From a virus: DNA of 64,000 bases. The notes beneath the pieces are model-generated. The model was not told the origin of the DNA. It saw nothing but the letters and a program-made list of their open reading frames with translations, and searched no databases. Below are positions 9,722 to 18,815 of this stretch, piece after piece (positions within the stretch are counted from its first letter, which is position 1; the number at the start of each line of letters is the position of its first letter). The stretch lies in IMG/VR virus record IMGVR_UViG_3300046810_000166, positions 1 to 64,000 of that record; one strand, given 5' to 3'. A program made the translations under genes and the position numbers.

Positions 9722-9751
9722 ATCATAGCGCAGACTAACGCATTGCGCTAG
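9722..9751 (-). promoter_or_regulatory. Promoter with TAACGCATTGCG operator (hicA operon)
   Basis: TATGAT -10; operator at 9736-9747. Confidence 0.75.
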
Positions 9752-10176
9752 TCTTTTTTGAGTGGCAAGTGCACCTCGAAGCCGGCGGCCTGCACCGTGG
9801 CCATGGCGGCCTCCAGCTCGCGCTGGCGCAGGCGGGCCGATGCCTCGGCGGCGCGCTGCTCCTCCTGCCGCTTGGCCTCCTCGGCGCCGTGCTTCACGTA
9901 GCCCTCGACCATGGCCGCGTCGAAGGCATCGAACCAGTGCGCCGGCACCGAAATCGTGCCGCGCTCGGTGTCGCCGGACCAGTAGATGACCCAGCCGATG
10001 CACACCTTGTCGCCGGCCAGCTCCATGCTGGAAAAGTCAGCCTTGCGCGAGTAGTTGGCGAATTGCGTGGCGTGGTTATCGAAGATATCGAGGATCTGGC
10101 TGGCGATGGTTTCAAAGTGCTCATGCTGGGCCATGTGCTCGGCGAAGCTTGGGCGCACCTGTGCGGTCTGGTTCAT
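9748..10176 (-). CDS. Hypothetical protein
   Basis: AGGAG RBS, coupled operon. Confidence 0.7.
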   Translation of the reverse strand: MNQTAQVRPSFAEHMAQHEHFETIASQILDIFDNHATQFANYSRKADFSSMELAGDKVCIGWVIYWSGDTERGTISVPAHWFDAFDAAMVEGYVKHGAEEAKRQEEQRAAEASARLRQRELEAAMATVQAAGFEVHLPLKKD

Positions 10177-10571
10177 GGGTTCTCCTGTTGTGGTTTCTTG
10201 ATGGCGTGCTGGGCAGCCTCGCGCTGGCCCAGCACCGCGATCGCGCCGGCGACGGCTGCCAGCATGAAATAGGCCTTGCGATCGTCGCCATGCTCGACCG
10301 GCTCGGTATGGCACAGCCAGCCGTCCGAGTCGGTGACCTCGAAGGCGGCGCCGCCGCCCAGCACCGAGCGCTCGCGCGGCCACACGCCCACCTCATGCAT
10401 CAGGCTGACGCAGTCGGCGATATCGCGCGCCGGGCGCGGCATCCACTTCTTGTCGCCGTTCGGCAGCTTGACCCACACCGAGCCACTGGCGGCGACGAAC
10501 GCCACCTCATGGCCCAGCGCCTCGGCCAGCTGGCGCTCCAGTTCAACCGCACGCTGGTGCATCGTGGTCAT
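10173..10571 (-). CDS. NinX/ABA-sandwich-like phage protein
   Basis: LERQLAEALG...PRPARDIADC pattern; AGGAG RBS. Confidence 0.6.
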   Translation of the reverse strand: MTTMHQRAVELERQLAEALGHEVAFVAASGSVWVKLPNGDKKWMPRPARDIADCVSLMHEVGVWPRERSVLGGGAAFEVTDSDGWLCHTEPVEHGDDRKAYFMLAAVAGAIAVLGQREAAQHAIKKPQQENP

Positions 10572-10873
10572 GCGGGCTCCTTGGGCACGTAGAAGAACTC
10601 CAGCATGGCGTCGAACCACGGCTGGCCATCGTGATCGGTGCGATCGGAGGCGAAATAGCTGAACGGCTCGCGGCTGCCCGAGAAGAACCGGCCGTTGAAC
10701 ACGTTGTACATCACCGGGATCGGCTTGCCGTCGCGGCCGGGCAGCTCCACGGTGATGAAGTCGCTGCCGAGGTTGTAGCGCTCGACGTTGACGCGGATGC
10801 CCTTCTGGCGGGCGAGATCCACCACCTCCTCGACGGAGCGGTGGCGGGCAAACTTTTCTGCTGCTTGGGTCAT
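10568..10873 (-). CDS. Hypothetical protein
   Basis: Coupled ORF, coding-like codon bias. Confidence 0.7.
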   Translation of the reverse strand: MTQAAEKFARHRSVEEVVDLARQKGIRVNVERYNLGSDFITVELPGRDGKPIPVMYNVFNGRFFSGSREPFSYFASDRTDHDGQPWFDAMLEFFYVPKEPA

Positions 10874-10875
10874 GG

Positions 10876-11082
10876 TCAATCCAGTTTCTTGGGCATGCCC
10901 GGCGGCACCTTGACGGGCGGGTATAGCACCGGGCGGCATTCGTTGATGATCTTCTCGACGGCGGCCAGCTCGCGCTCGTCACCGGGCTTGGCCCGGCCTT
11001 CGCGTGCGTCGGCCTCCAGTCGTTCCTTGAAGCGCAGCGCCCAATGGAGCAGGCGCTGCTGGTACAGGTCAGACAGGGACAT
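10876..11082 (-). CDS. Hypothetical protein
   Basis: Tightly packed in the operon. Confidence 0.6.
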   Translation of the reverse strand: MSLSDLYQQRLLHWALRFKERLEADAREGRAKPGDERELAAVEKIINECRPVLYPPVKVPPGMPKKLD

Positions 11083-11084
11083 GG

Positions 11085-11405
11085 TCAGCCGGTCCAGCCT
11101 TCGGACAGGACCATCCGGGGCATCTGCATGGACACCACCGCGCCGGACAGGAAATACACCAGCATGGTGTCGCCGTACTCATGGAAGGCCAGCACGTTGG
11201 TGCCGTGCAGGGCGTGATGCGGCTGCAGGGTCGACGGCTGGTTGATCCACATGCGCGTGGCGAAGGGCGTGGCCACCAGCGCCTCGGCGCCTTCCTTGAG
11301 CTCGGCGGGGCCGAACTTGCCGCCGCCGATCGTGACCGTTTCGCCGTTGCGGGCGGCGTGCCGCATGTTCGCGGCCAGCGTGCGCAGGTTATCAGTGACC
11401 GGCAT
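11085..11405 (-). CDS. Hypothetical protein
   Basis: WINQPSTLQPHH.LHGTNVLA motif seen in phage proteins. Confidence 0.7.
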   Translation of the reverse strand: MPVTDNLRTLAANMRHAARNGETVTIGGGKFGPAELKEGAEALVATPFATRMWINQPSTLQPHHALHGTNVLAFHEYGDTMLVYFLSGAVVSMQMPRMVLSEGWTG

Positions 11406-11407
11406 GA

Positions 11408-11851
11408 TCAGGCCCCTGCGGTGGTCTTGGTGGCGCGGCGGCGCGGCGCCGGCTTGGCGGGCACCTCATCGAAGGCAGCGAACCCGCGCTGGGCCGGACG
11501 GCGCACCGGCTGGCTGTAGCGGCTGTAGGGGCGCTGCGGCTGCTGGCGGGCCATCACGCCCCACACGCTGGCGTAGGCGTCGTGCAGACCGTGATCGTCC
11601 ACCGAGTCCTTGAAGTTGCCGTAGCTGATGCCGAGCACCTGCGCAGCGATGGCGGCAGCGACATGCTCGCGGTCGATCATGGCGCGGAACATATAGTCGC
11701 GGTTGTCCTCGGTGCTGACCACGGCGCTCGGGAATACGCGCTCGATGTCACCGGGACGGCGGGCGCGCACCAGCAGGAATGGCGAGGCGCCGCGTGCGTT
11801 GCGGGTTGGCTCTACGATGGAGAGAAAAGCGTTGTTGAGGCAGATCCACAT
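11408..11851 (-). CDS. Conserved hypothetical protein
   Basis: MWICLNNAFLSIV...LLVRARR.GDIE...DY.FRA...Y.NFK.SV; GGAAGGA RBS. Confidence 0.8.
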   Translation of the reverse strand: MWICLNNAFLSIVEPTRNARGASPFLLVRARRPGDIERVFPSAVVSTEDNRDYMFRAMIDREHVAAAIAAQVLGISYGNFKDSVDDHGLHDAYASVWGVMARQQPQRPYSRYSQPVRRPAQRGFAAFDEVPAKPAPRRRATKTTAGA

Positions 11852-11887
11852 GATGATTCCTTCCGTTGTTTGTTGTTCGACGGAAGG

Positions 11888-11917
11888 ATCATATAACGCA
11901 TTGCGCTACTAGTGCAA
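11888..11917 (-). promoter_or_regulatory. Sigma70 promoter with operator
   Basis: TTGCAC...TATGAT; TAACGCATTGCG at 11894-11905. Confidence 0.8.
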
Positions 11918-12985
11918 GTCTTTTTTCATATGATTTTCATCGCCTTTTGCGCTTTCTTCTCCCGCCGGGGCGCCGAGGGCCATGATTTTGTGGTCGACAT
12001 CGGTGTTCAGCACGTCCAGCAGCTGCCCCTTGGGCACCAGCTTGATGGCCTGCGCTTCCCAGCCCATGTGCGCCGGCGAACCGCCGACCCGCCGCGCGGT
12101 GTAATACCGGGCCACGGTGGTGCTGCGCTCGATGTCGCCATGGTAGCCGGTGATCTCGACCTGCAGGCCAGTCTCCTCGAAGCATTCCTTGATCGCCGTG
12201 GCTTGGAAGGACAGGCCCGGCTCATGGCGCCCTTTCGGGAAGGTGGCCTTGTAGCCGCCGAACTGGTTGGTCGGGCACATGACCCACACGCGGCCGTCCG
12301 GCTCCTCGATGATGACGCCGGCGGCGCGCTCCTTGAACTTCCCGCTCGGCAGCTTCACGGCCGGCATCAGCGGCTCGTCCAGATCCTGCTGCTGGCCGCC
12401 CACGCTGGCCCAGCCCTCGGCGGTGGTCGGGGCGTCCTCCCACGGCGCGATCGCCACGCCATTCAGCTCGGCCGGCACGTCGCCATCGGGCACGAAGGTG
12501 GCGATCGCCTGCGGGTCGGTCCACGATGCGCTGTCGCTGGGCTTGCTGGGCTCGTTGATGGTGATGTCCTCGCCCTTGTCGCCCTCCTGCGGGTGGGTGA
12601 TGGCGTTCGGGTAGTGCGGGGCCGTCTTCTCGCCGCCCAGCTCCTTGCCCCATGGCTTGCTCCAGCCCGTCGCCGCCGGCTTGCCACCATACTGCGCGCC
12701 GACGACCGAGCCGGCCGAGGGCTTGGTGAACAGCGCCATCTGCTTGGGCTTGGGCGCGGGCTTGGCGGGTACCGGCGGCAGCTCGGCCGGGGCGCCAACG
12801 TTGGCGAAGGCCTCGGCCGGCAGCGGTGCCTTGTGGTCGAACTTGGCCACCTGCAGCTTACCCTTGGCGTGCACCTTGGTGTCGTGCGGCGCCACATAGG
12901 TGCCGTCGCCCTTGGTGTAGCCATTCACATGGGCCTTGGCCAGCAGGGCGGCCATGCCGGCCTTCATGAACAGTATGGCGCCCAT
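11909..12985 (-). CDS. Nudix hydrolase with N-terminal virion-targeting-like leader
   Basis: Nudix box FPKGRHEPGLSFQATAIKECFEETGL; N-terminal LFMKA...LAKAHVNGYTKGDGTYVAPH. Confidence 0.88.
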   Translation of the reverse strand: MGAILFMKAGMAALLAKAHVNGYTKGDGTYVAPHDTKVHAKGKLQVAKFDHKAPLPAEAFANVGAPAELPPVPAKPAPKPKQMALFTKPSAGSVVGAQYGGKPAATGWSKPWGKELGGEKTAPHYPNAITHPQEGDKGEDITINEPSKPSDSASWTDPQAIATFVPDGDVPAELNGVAIAPWEDAPTTAEGWASVGGQQQDLDEPLMPAVKLPSGKFKERAAGVIIEEPDGRVWVMCPTNQFGGYKATFPKGRHEPGLSFQATAIKECFEETGLQVEITGYHGDIERSTTVARYYTARRVGGSPAHMGWEAQAIKLVPKGQLLDVLNTDVDHKIMALGAPAGEESAKGDENHMKKDLH

Positions 12986-13428
12986 TATTTCCACCCCTTG
13001 CCGTTCGGGTAGAGGGTGTCCACGGTGCCCATCAGGATGGCGACCATGTAGCGCTTCAACTCCTCCACGTCGCCCTGCACGTCCTTGTCCGGGCGGTTCA
13101 CGCTGCCCTTGATCAGGGTCAGGACTTCGCGCGCCAGCACGCCGAAGGCGGCGCGGAACAGGTCGGCGGTGCTCTCGACCAGCGCCAGATTCAGGCGGCG
13201 CGCCATCACGGCGCCGAGGTGCCGGGCATCGTTCCAGCCGTCCACCGGGGTGTAGGCATCGTCCAGCCCGGCGAAGATATCGGCATAGCGGCTGACCGTG
13301 GCCAGCAGCGCGGTGACGCTGCCGGCGCCCGCCACCGCCTCGATGAACTGGCCGGCGAGGCGGCCGACCACCTTGGTGTCGCCGAGGCTGTGGCCGCCCT
13401 CCAGCTGGTTCAGTGATTGTTCAAACAT
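12985..13428 (-). CDS. Helical hypothetical protein between the ART and Nudix genes
   Basis: AAGGA RBS, TAATG coupling to the Nudix gene. Confidence 0.8.
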   Translation of the reverse strand: MFEQSLNQLEGGHSLGDTKVVGRLAGQFIEAVAGAGSVTALLATVSRYADIFAGLDDAYTPVDGWNDARHLGAVMARRLNLALVESTADLFRAAFGVLAREVLTLIKGSVNRPDKDVQGDVEELKRYMVAILMGTVDTLYPNGKGWK

Positions 13429-13457
13429 GATGATCCTTTACGCTTTGCGTGATGTTA

Positions 13458-16400
13458 TCAGGAATTCGGAAGGGCCACGACTTCCACCACATACTCGGTG
13501 CCGCCATGTTTGCCCCAATCGCCGTGCTCATCCGAGAACTTGTGGCCCTTGGCGTGGACTTTCCGCACAAAGAACTTGGTTCCATACGGCAAGATAATTT
13601 CATCTTCGCCCGGATTCTGTGAGATTGGGCTGCCGCCGGTAGTGGGATCGCGGTCCACAAAGCAACCCTTGACGCCCTCGCCACATACGATCCGCAACTG
13701 AATTTGGCCATGCCAGAAGGACGATTTCAGGCTGGTCGACACCATGCCGAAGTCCTTGAGAATGCTGCCCTCTGCGCTCGACAGGAATTTATCCAGATCG
13801 GCCTTATTGTGAAATGGGAACCGGCGCGACAATACCGTGCCCGCCTTAAGCGGAACCGAGGCCTTGTCCACACCGGCAATCGCATAGTCGGTGTTGCTGT
13901 GAGAGCCCACGCCAGTGGCCGGGTTGTTCATCGACGAATAGCTGCTGCCGGTGTACTGCTTGATTGCCTCCTTCTCGATGTTCGACAGGCCTTTGTATTT
14001 GGCCATGCTGGCATCGTAAAGCTCTTTCGAGTTGATCTTGCCATTCGCCTTCGACAGGCCGGCAGGCTTCCAGCTCTCAAAAGGATCGCCGTCGACCTTG
14101 CCCAGCACGGCATAACGACCGATCCGCGAGGCGGCACTGGTCAGCATCTTGACATCATCGAAAGCGCTGATCAGGGTGCCAAACACGCCGCCCACGGTTT
14201 CCAGCACCGCGTCCTTCATGTGCTCGATCGACTGGATCGGGTTCTTGAGCGCGTTCAGCAAGTCATTCCAGTACAGCGGGATATGCTTGGACTTGTGCTG
14301 CGCGATCGGCTGCATGTCGCCCTCGGGCGCGCCGTTTTCATACGAAATTGGCTGGAATTTCATCGCCTCCAGCTCGCCCAGCTTGCCATCGGCGGCCAGC
14401 TTCTGCATCTGGTCGGCCAGCTCCTGATTCTGCTGGTTGATGTGCGCCTTGGACGACAGGCCTTGGCCGGGGCCTTTCCACTCCTTGAAGTTCGGCGCCG
14501 GGGCGATATGCACCTTGGTCTTGGGGCCGGCTTCCTTGGCGGCATTCGGGAACTTGGCAGCCAGATCCGCCTTGCGGGCGATCAGCTTGGCGGCCAGCGC
14601 CTCGCGCGCGGCCTTGTCGCCGGGGCCGTAGGCCATGCACAGCTTCTGGATCGCCGAGTCCTTGAGCAGCAGCACCTGCTTGACCGATTCCTCGACCTGC
14701 GCGGGCGTCATGCCGCCGTAGACCGAGGCGGCCTGCGGGTTCTTGGCGGCGTCGCGCAGCGTGTCCAGCTCGGTGACGGCGCTGCCGAAGGCGGCGCCCT
14801 TGGCGCTGCCCTGCGCACGGTACAGCAGCGCGCCACCCGGATCAATCCGGTACACGTTGCCCTTCTTGTCCACCATGGCGTTGTCGTAGGACAGGCCAAC
14901 GGCGTCCCAATTGCCCAGCCATGCGTCGGCGCCAAAGCCCAGCAGCATGTCGTCGCTGGTTTTCAGCGCGTCCGGGTCTTTCTTGAGGCCGTCGACCACC
15001 TTGGACGCGATCGACAGCTTGCCGCCCAGCTTGACCTGCTGGACCTCGGGCACCTTGATGCCCAGCGCCGCATACAGCTTGTTGGCCAGCAGCTCGTTCT
15101 TGACGTGGTCGTCCGACTCGGGCGTCTTGACGTACCACTGCTGTCCTTCGCTGTCGGTGTAGAAGCCGCCCGCGTTCGAGCCCTTCTGGTCGCCGGTCTT
15201 GGTCCAGTTATCCGCGTTCTTGATGCCGCCGTTCAGGATGCGGCTGACCATCAGGGTCTTGATGCCGCCCGGCGCCGGCTTGGCGGCCGGCTTCTGTGCT
15301 GCAGGAGCGGCAGGCGCATCGGCCGGGGCGCTCGGGCCCTTGGTGCCGGCCACGGCGTCGTGCAGCTGCTTGGCGTACTTGGCCATCTCGAAGCAGGCAG
15401 GACCATACTTGTTCTGGCTCACATACGACAGGTCGGCCCAATTCTTGTACTTGACGGTGCCGGCGACCGGGTCCACCTTGAGCAGCTTGGCCAGCGCCTC
15501 GGCGCCGCCCGACACGGCGGCCGCCTTGAGCTCTTTCATGGCCTTGCCCACCTTGATGGTGTTGGTGCCGCTCGTCTTCGGCATCGGCACGCTGTCGGCC
15601 TTCTGCTTGAGCACCTTGGGATCGTCGCCCATCTTGTGCCAGCGGCCATCCTTGAACACCAGCATGCCATCGGCGCCCTGCTTCGTGTCGCCGTCCTTCG
15701 GGCCCTGCTCGGCTGCCGCAGCCGGCTCTGCGCCCTGCTTCTTGGCCAGCAGGGTGGCCAGCGCGGCGGCATAGGCCGAGGTGGTCGGCCAGTCGTTGGT
15801 GGCCAGCTCGGCCACATACGCCTCCAGCTCGGCCAGCATGCCCTCCTTGGCCAGATGCTTGGCCTTCTCGGCCATATCCTCATTGATGCCGCCGGCGTTG
15901 ACCTTGGCGAGATCGCTATCGGTCAGGCCGACCGGCGTCGCGCCGCCCAGCGCCTGCTGGTGCAGCTTGTCCAGATGCGCGGACACCTTGTCGTTCGCAT
16001 CGTCATCATCGGGGTTGATGGTGCCACTCCCCAGCAGGTGCTCGGTCAGCGCGCCGAAGGCCTCGTTTTCATGATTCCAATGCGTGCCTTCGTCCGCGCC
16101 TTTCAGGGCCTCCATGGCCGCTGCCTGCTCCTTGGTCGGCACCATGCCCGAGCCGATTGCCGCCTTCCAGCCACTGATCAGGGCGTCCTGCTTGTCGGCG
16201 CCCTTCATCTTGGCCAGCTGCTGCGCCGCGTAGTCGTAGACCTCCTTGAACGGCGCCAGCCCTTCCATGCTGGCCATATGGATCTCCAGCATGGCGGCGT
16301 TGCCTTCGGCGATGGTCTTCTGCACCTCGGCCAGCGCGCCCTGCACGCTCAGCGACTTGCCCGACACGTCCGGCGGGGCGTCGGCGTCCTTCTTGTCGTG

Positions 16401-18677
16401 CCACGCCAGCCACTTGCCCATCAGCTCCTTGGCCTCGGGGCTCAGCGCGGCGACCGCCTCATGCACCTTGACCTTGTCGGCCGCCGACAGCGCCTCGTAG
16501 CCGGCCACGTCTTCCGGGGCGACCCACTCGCCCGGATCATCACCGAGGGAGGCGATGTGCTTGGGCGCGAGCTTCATGGTCAGGATGAAGTTCTTGACCT
16601 CGAAATTATTCTGGAACTCGGGCGGCACCGAGGGCGTTTTCGGCGGCTCGGCAGCCGGCGCCGGCTCGGCCGCGCTGACCTTGGCCGATACCACCTTGAG
16701 CTTCGGGTGCGCGCCGGCCTTCTGGCCCGGCGCCACCTCATGGCGCGAGCCGAGCAGCGCCAGCGCCTCGTTGGCCAGCTTGGCGGCCTTCTTGGCGTAG
16801 TTGTTGCTGCCGAAGCTCATGGCCAGCAGCGCCTGCTTGTCGCCGGCATTGAACGCATCGTGGATCGCCTGCAGCTTGGCGTTGACGCTCTTGGCGTTCA
16901 CGTTCTCCTCGGGCAGCAGGGCGCCGTGCAGCTTCTCGGCGAAGGCCTCGATCTCCTCGTCGCTGGCCTGCGAGACAGCAGGGGCAGGGGCAGCTGCAGG
17001 CGCCTGCTGGGCGCCCGGCGGCACGTAGATGCCCATCTTCTTGGCCACGTGCAGGAAGCCCATGTCGACCAGCGCGGACGACAGCTCGGCGTCTTGGCCG
17101 GGGTTGGCCGCCTGCCATGCCTCGGCCGCTTCCGACATGATGAACGGGCCGCTTTCCTGCGAGTCGGTGAGGAACTTCCACGCCGATTTTTCCGTCGCCT
17201 CCTGCAGCACCCAATGGCCGTCTTTCAGCACCAGCGTGCCGCCCTTGCCCTGCTTGGTGTCGCCCTCTTTCGGGCCGGTGTCGGCGAGCGCGTGCTGCTG
17301 CTTCATCAGCTCCTGCACGGCGTAGGTGTACTTGTGCTTTTTCAGGGCCGCATAGGCGGCGTCGTAGGCCTCGGGCGTGCCGCCTTCCATCTTGACATAC
17401 TGCTGCGCGTGCTCCAGCGCCTCCTTGGCCGAACCGGCGCTGGCCAGCACGTTGTCGAGCTCCAGCGGGACACCATCGGCCGCCGGCTTGGCGCCGCCCT
17501 TGGCCTGCTCCAGCGCGGCCGCGTGCAGCTGGATCAGCAGCTTGCTGTTCGGGGTCTTGCCCTTCCACGACTGGCCCTTCTCCGGGTTCGGCATGGCCTC
17601 CAGCCCTGCCACGTCGCCGGCGGCGGCCATGTCCATGATCTTGGTGCCCAGCTTCTCGTAGTAATCCTTGACGCCCTTCGACTCCTTGCCCTCCTTGAAC
17701 TCGGGCATGGACAGGCCTGCCGGCGCTTCCGGCTCGGCCTTGGGTTCTTCCTTCGGCGCCAGCGCTGGCGCATCGTTCACCATGACCTTCTTTTGCACCT
17801 CGGCCATCGCGGCGGCCATGGCTTCCGAGTGCGGCTTGGGCCAGCCGTGCTTTTTCAGGACCGGCACCACGTCCTTGGCGAACATTTCCAGCTGCTCGCC
17901 GTCCATGGCGCCTTTGCCCTTCGCATAGGTGGCCGCCCAGCTGCTGAGATCCTTCTTGCTGGCAGCGACGAAATACAGCTCGTCCTTGACCTTGCCGTGC
18001 ACGATCTGGTCCGCGTAGTGGGCCGAGTATTCATCGAGCAGGGCCTGCAGCTGGGCATCGTCATCAGCCGGGGCTGGCTCGGGCGCCTTCTCGGGCTCCT
18101 GCTTGGCTTCCGGGGCGGGCTTCGGCTCCTCCTTCGCGGGTGCTGGCGCTGGCGTCGCTGCCTCGGCCGGGGCCTCGTTCGCCGGCGGCTGCTTGGCCAC
18201 CCATGCGGCGTATTCAGCGTCCATCAGCGCGCCATGGCCGGCGGCGTGCACGGCCTCGGTCACTTGCGCCTTCTTCTCGGGCGCGGCCGCGTGGAAGTAT
18301 TTCCAGTCACTCTCGCTGGGCTTCTGCCCGGCCATCAGCTTGGCCTTGAGCTTGACCACGCGCGAGGCGGCCGATTCGGCGTCCTGAATCTGCGTGGCGT
18401 GGTGCATCACCAGCGCGGCCTGATGCTCGGCCGTCAGCGAGGAGAATCCCGGCTCGGTCTTGAGCTGGGCGTGGGCCTTCTTCTGGCTGTAGGTGCCGGC
18501 GCCGCTGGCCACCTTGTGATGATCGTGGTCATCCGCCACGTGCACCATGGCGAAGTGGCCGCCCACCACCTGCCCGTTTTTCTTGGTGAACTGCGGAATC
18601 CAGACCTGCTTTTTGGCAGTGGCTTTCAGGAAGAAAACCGGGGCGGTGAGAGTGCGGAGAAAGTCGAGCATGTGCAA
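13458..18677 (-). CDS. Polyvalent protein: HipA/PI3K-like kinase domain plus C-terminal VIP2/Alt-type ADP-ribosyltransferase
   Basis: Kinase: GSNAGG..WYVK..NELLANKLY..DAWLGNWD..N..RIDPGG. ART: AIKQYT..Y..MN, VLSR, VSTS, EDEIILP.GT.F (R-S-E triad). ATG 18671 is the likely start. Confidence 0.88.
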   Translation of the reverse strand: MHMLDFLRTLTAPVFFLKATAKKQVWIPQFTKKNGQVVGGHFAMVHVADDHDHHKVASGAGTYSQKKAHAQLKTEPGFSSLTAEHQAALVMHHATQIQDAESAASRVVKLKAKLMAGQKPSESDWKYFHAAAPEKKAQVTEAVHAAGHGALMDAEYAAWVAKQPPANEAPAEAATPAPAPAKEEPKPAPEAKQEPEKAPEPAPADDDAQLQALLDEYSAHYADQIVHGKVKDELYFVAASKKDLSSWAATYAKGKGAMDGEQLEMFAKDVVPVLKKHGWPKPHSEAMAAAMAEVQKKVMVNDAPALAPKEEPKAEPEAPAGLSMPEFKEGKESKGVKDYYEKLGTKIMDMAAAGDVAGLEAMPNPEKGQSWKGKTPNSKLLIQLHAAALEQAKGGAKPAADGVPLELDNVLASAGSAKEALEHAQQYVKMEGGTPEAYDAAYAALKKHKYTYAVQELMKQQHALADTGPKEGDTKQGKGGTLVLKDGHWVLQEATEKSAWKFLTDSQESGPFIMSEAAEAWQAANPGQDAELSSALVDMGFLHVAKKMGIYVPPGAQQAPAAAPAPAVSQASDEEIEAFAEKLHGALLPEENVNAKSVNAKLQAIHDAFNAGDKQALLAMSFGSNNYAKKAAKLANEALALLGSRHEVAPGQKAGAHPKLKVVSAKVSAAEPAPAAEPPKTPSVPPEFQNNFEVKNFILTMKLAPKHIASLGDDPGEWVAPEDVAGYEALSAADKVKVHEAVAALSPEAKELMGKWLAWHDKKDADAPPDVSGKSLSVQGALAEVQKTIAEGNAAMLEIHMASMEGLAPFKEVYDYAAQQLAKMKGADKQDALISGWKAAIGSGMVPTKEQAAAMEALKGADEGTHWNHENEAFGALTEHLLGSGTINPDDDDANDKVSAHLDKLHQQALGGATPVGLTDSDLAKVNAGGINEDMAEKAKHLAKEGMLAELEAYVAELATNDWPTTSAYAAALATLLAKKQGAEPAAAAEQGPKDGDTKQGADGMLVFKDGRWHKMGDDPKVLKQKADSVPMPKTSGTNTIKVGKAMKELKAAAVSGGAEALAKLLKVDPVAGTVKYKNWADLSYVSQNKYGPACFEMAKYAKQLHDAVAGTKGPSAPADAPAAPAAQKPAAKPAPGGIKTLMVSRILNGGIKNADNWTKTGDQKGSNAGGFYTDSEGQQWYVKTPESDDHVKNELLANKLYAALGIKVPEVQQVKLGGKLSIASKVVDGLKKDPDALKTSDDMLLGFGADAWLGNWDAVGLSYDNAMVDKKGNVYRIDPGGALLYRAQGSAKGAAFGSAVTELDTLRDAAKNPQAASVYGGMTPAQVEESVKQVLLLKDSAIQKLCMAYGPGDKAAREALAAKLIARKADLAAKFPNAAKEAGPKTKVHIAPAPNFKEWKGPGQGLSSKAHINQQNQELADQMQKLAADGKLGELEAMKFQPISYENGAPEGDMQPIAQHKSKHIPLYWNDLLNALKNPIQSIEHMKDAVLETVGGVFGTLISAFDDVKMLTSAASRIGRYAVLGKVDGDPFESWKPAGLSKANGKINSKELYDASMAKYKGLSNIEKEAIKQYTGSSYSSMNNPATGVGSHSNTDYAIAGVDKASVPLKAGTVLSRRFPFHNKADLDKFLSSAEGSILKDFGMVSTSLKSSFWHGQIQLRIVCGEGVKGCFVDRDPTTGGSPISQNPGEDEIILPYGTKFFVRKVHAKGHKFSDEHGDWGKHGGTEYVVEVVALPNS

Positions 18678-18697
18678 TCCTCATAGGAGATTGCACT

Positions 18698-18713
18698 ATC
18701 TTGCCGTCACGAC
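18698..18713 (-). promoter_or_regulatory. Late-promoter motif copy (kinase-ART operon)
   Basis: GTCGTGAC-gg-CAAGAT. Confidence 0.75.
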
Positions 18714-18720
18714 AGGGGAT

Positions 18721-18749
18721 AAAAAAAGGGCCGGTGTTGAGCCGGCCCC
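18721..18749 (-). terminator. Intrinsic terminator
   Basis: GGGCCGG-loop-CCGGCCC followed by T7 on the minus strand. Confidence 0.85.
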
Positions 18750-18815
18750 GCAAGTCCAAAACAAGATCCACACCAGCAAGTGTGAACCTCAGTGTGCATC
18801 ATTTATTTCCAGTGG

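Noticed and set aside
13704-18686. 1660-aa plus-strand ORF, and similar long ORFs at 4718-6964, 58417-61065, 60827-62896 and 46026-47669
   Set aside because: Antisense shadows of real high-GC genes; no motifs or RBS, biased composition.
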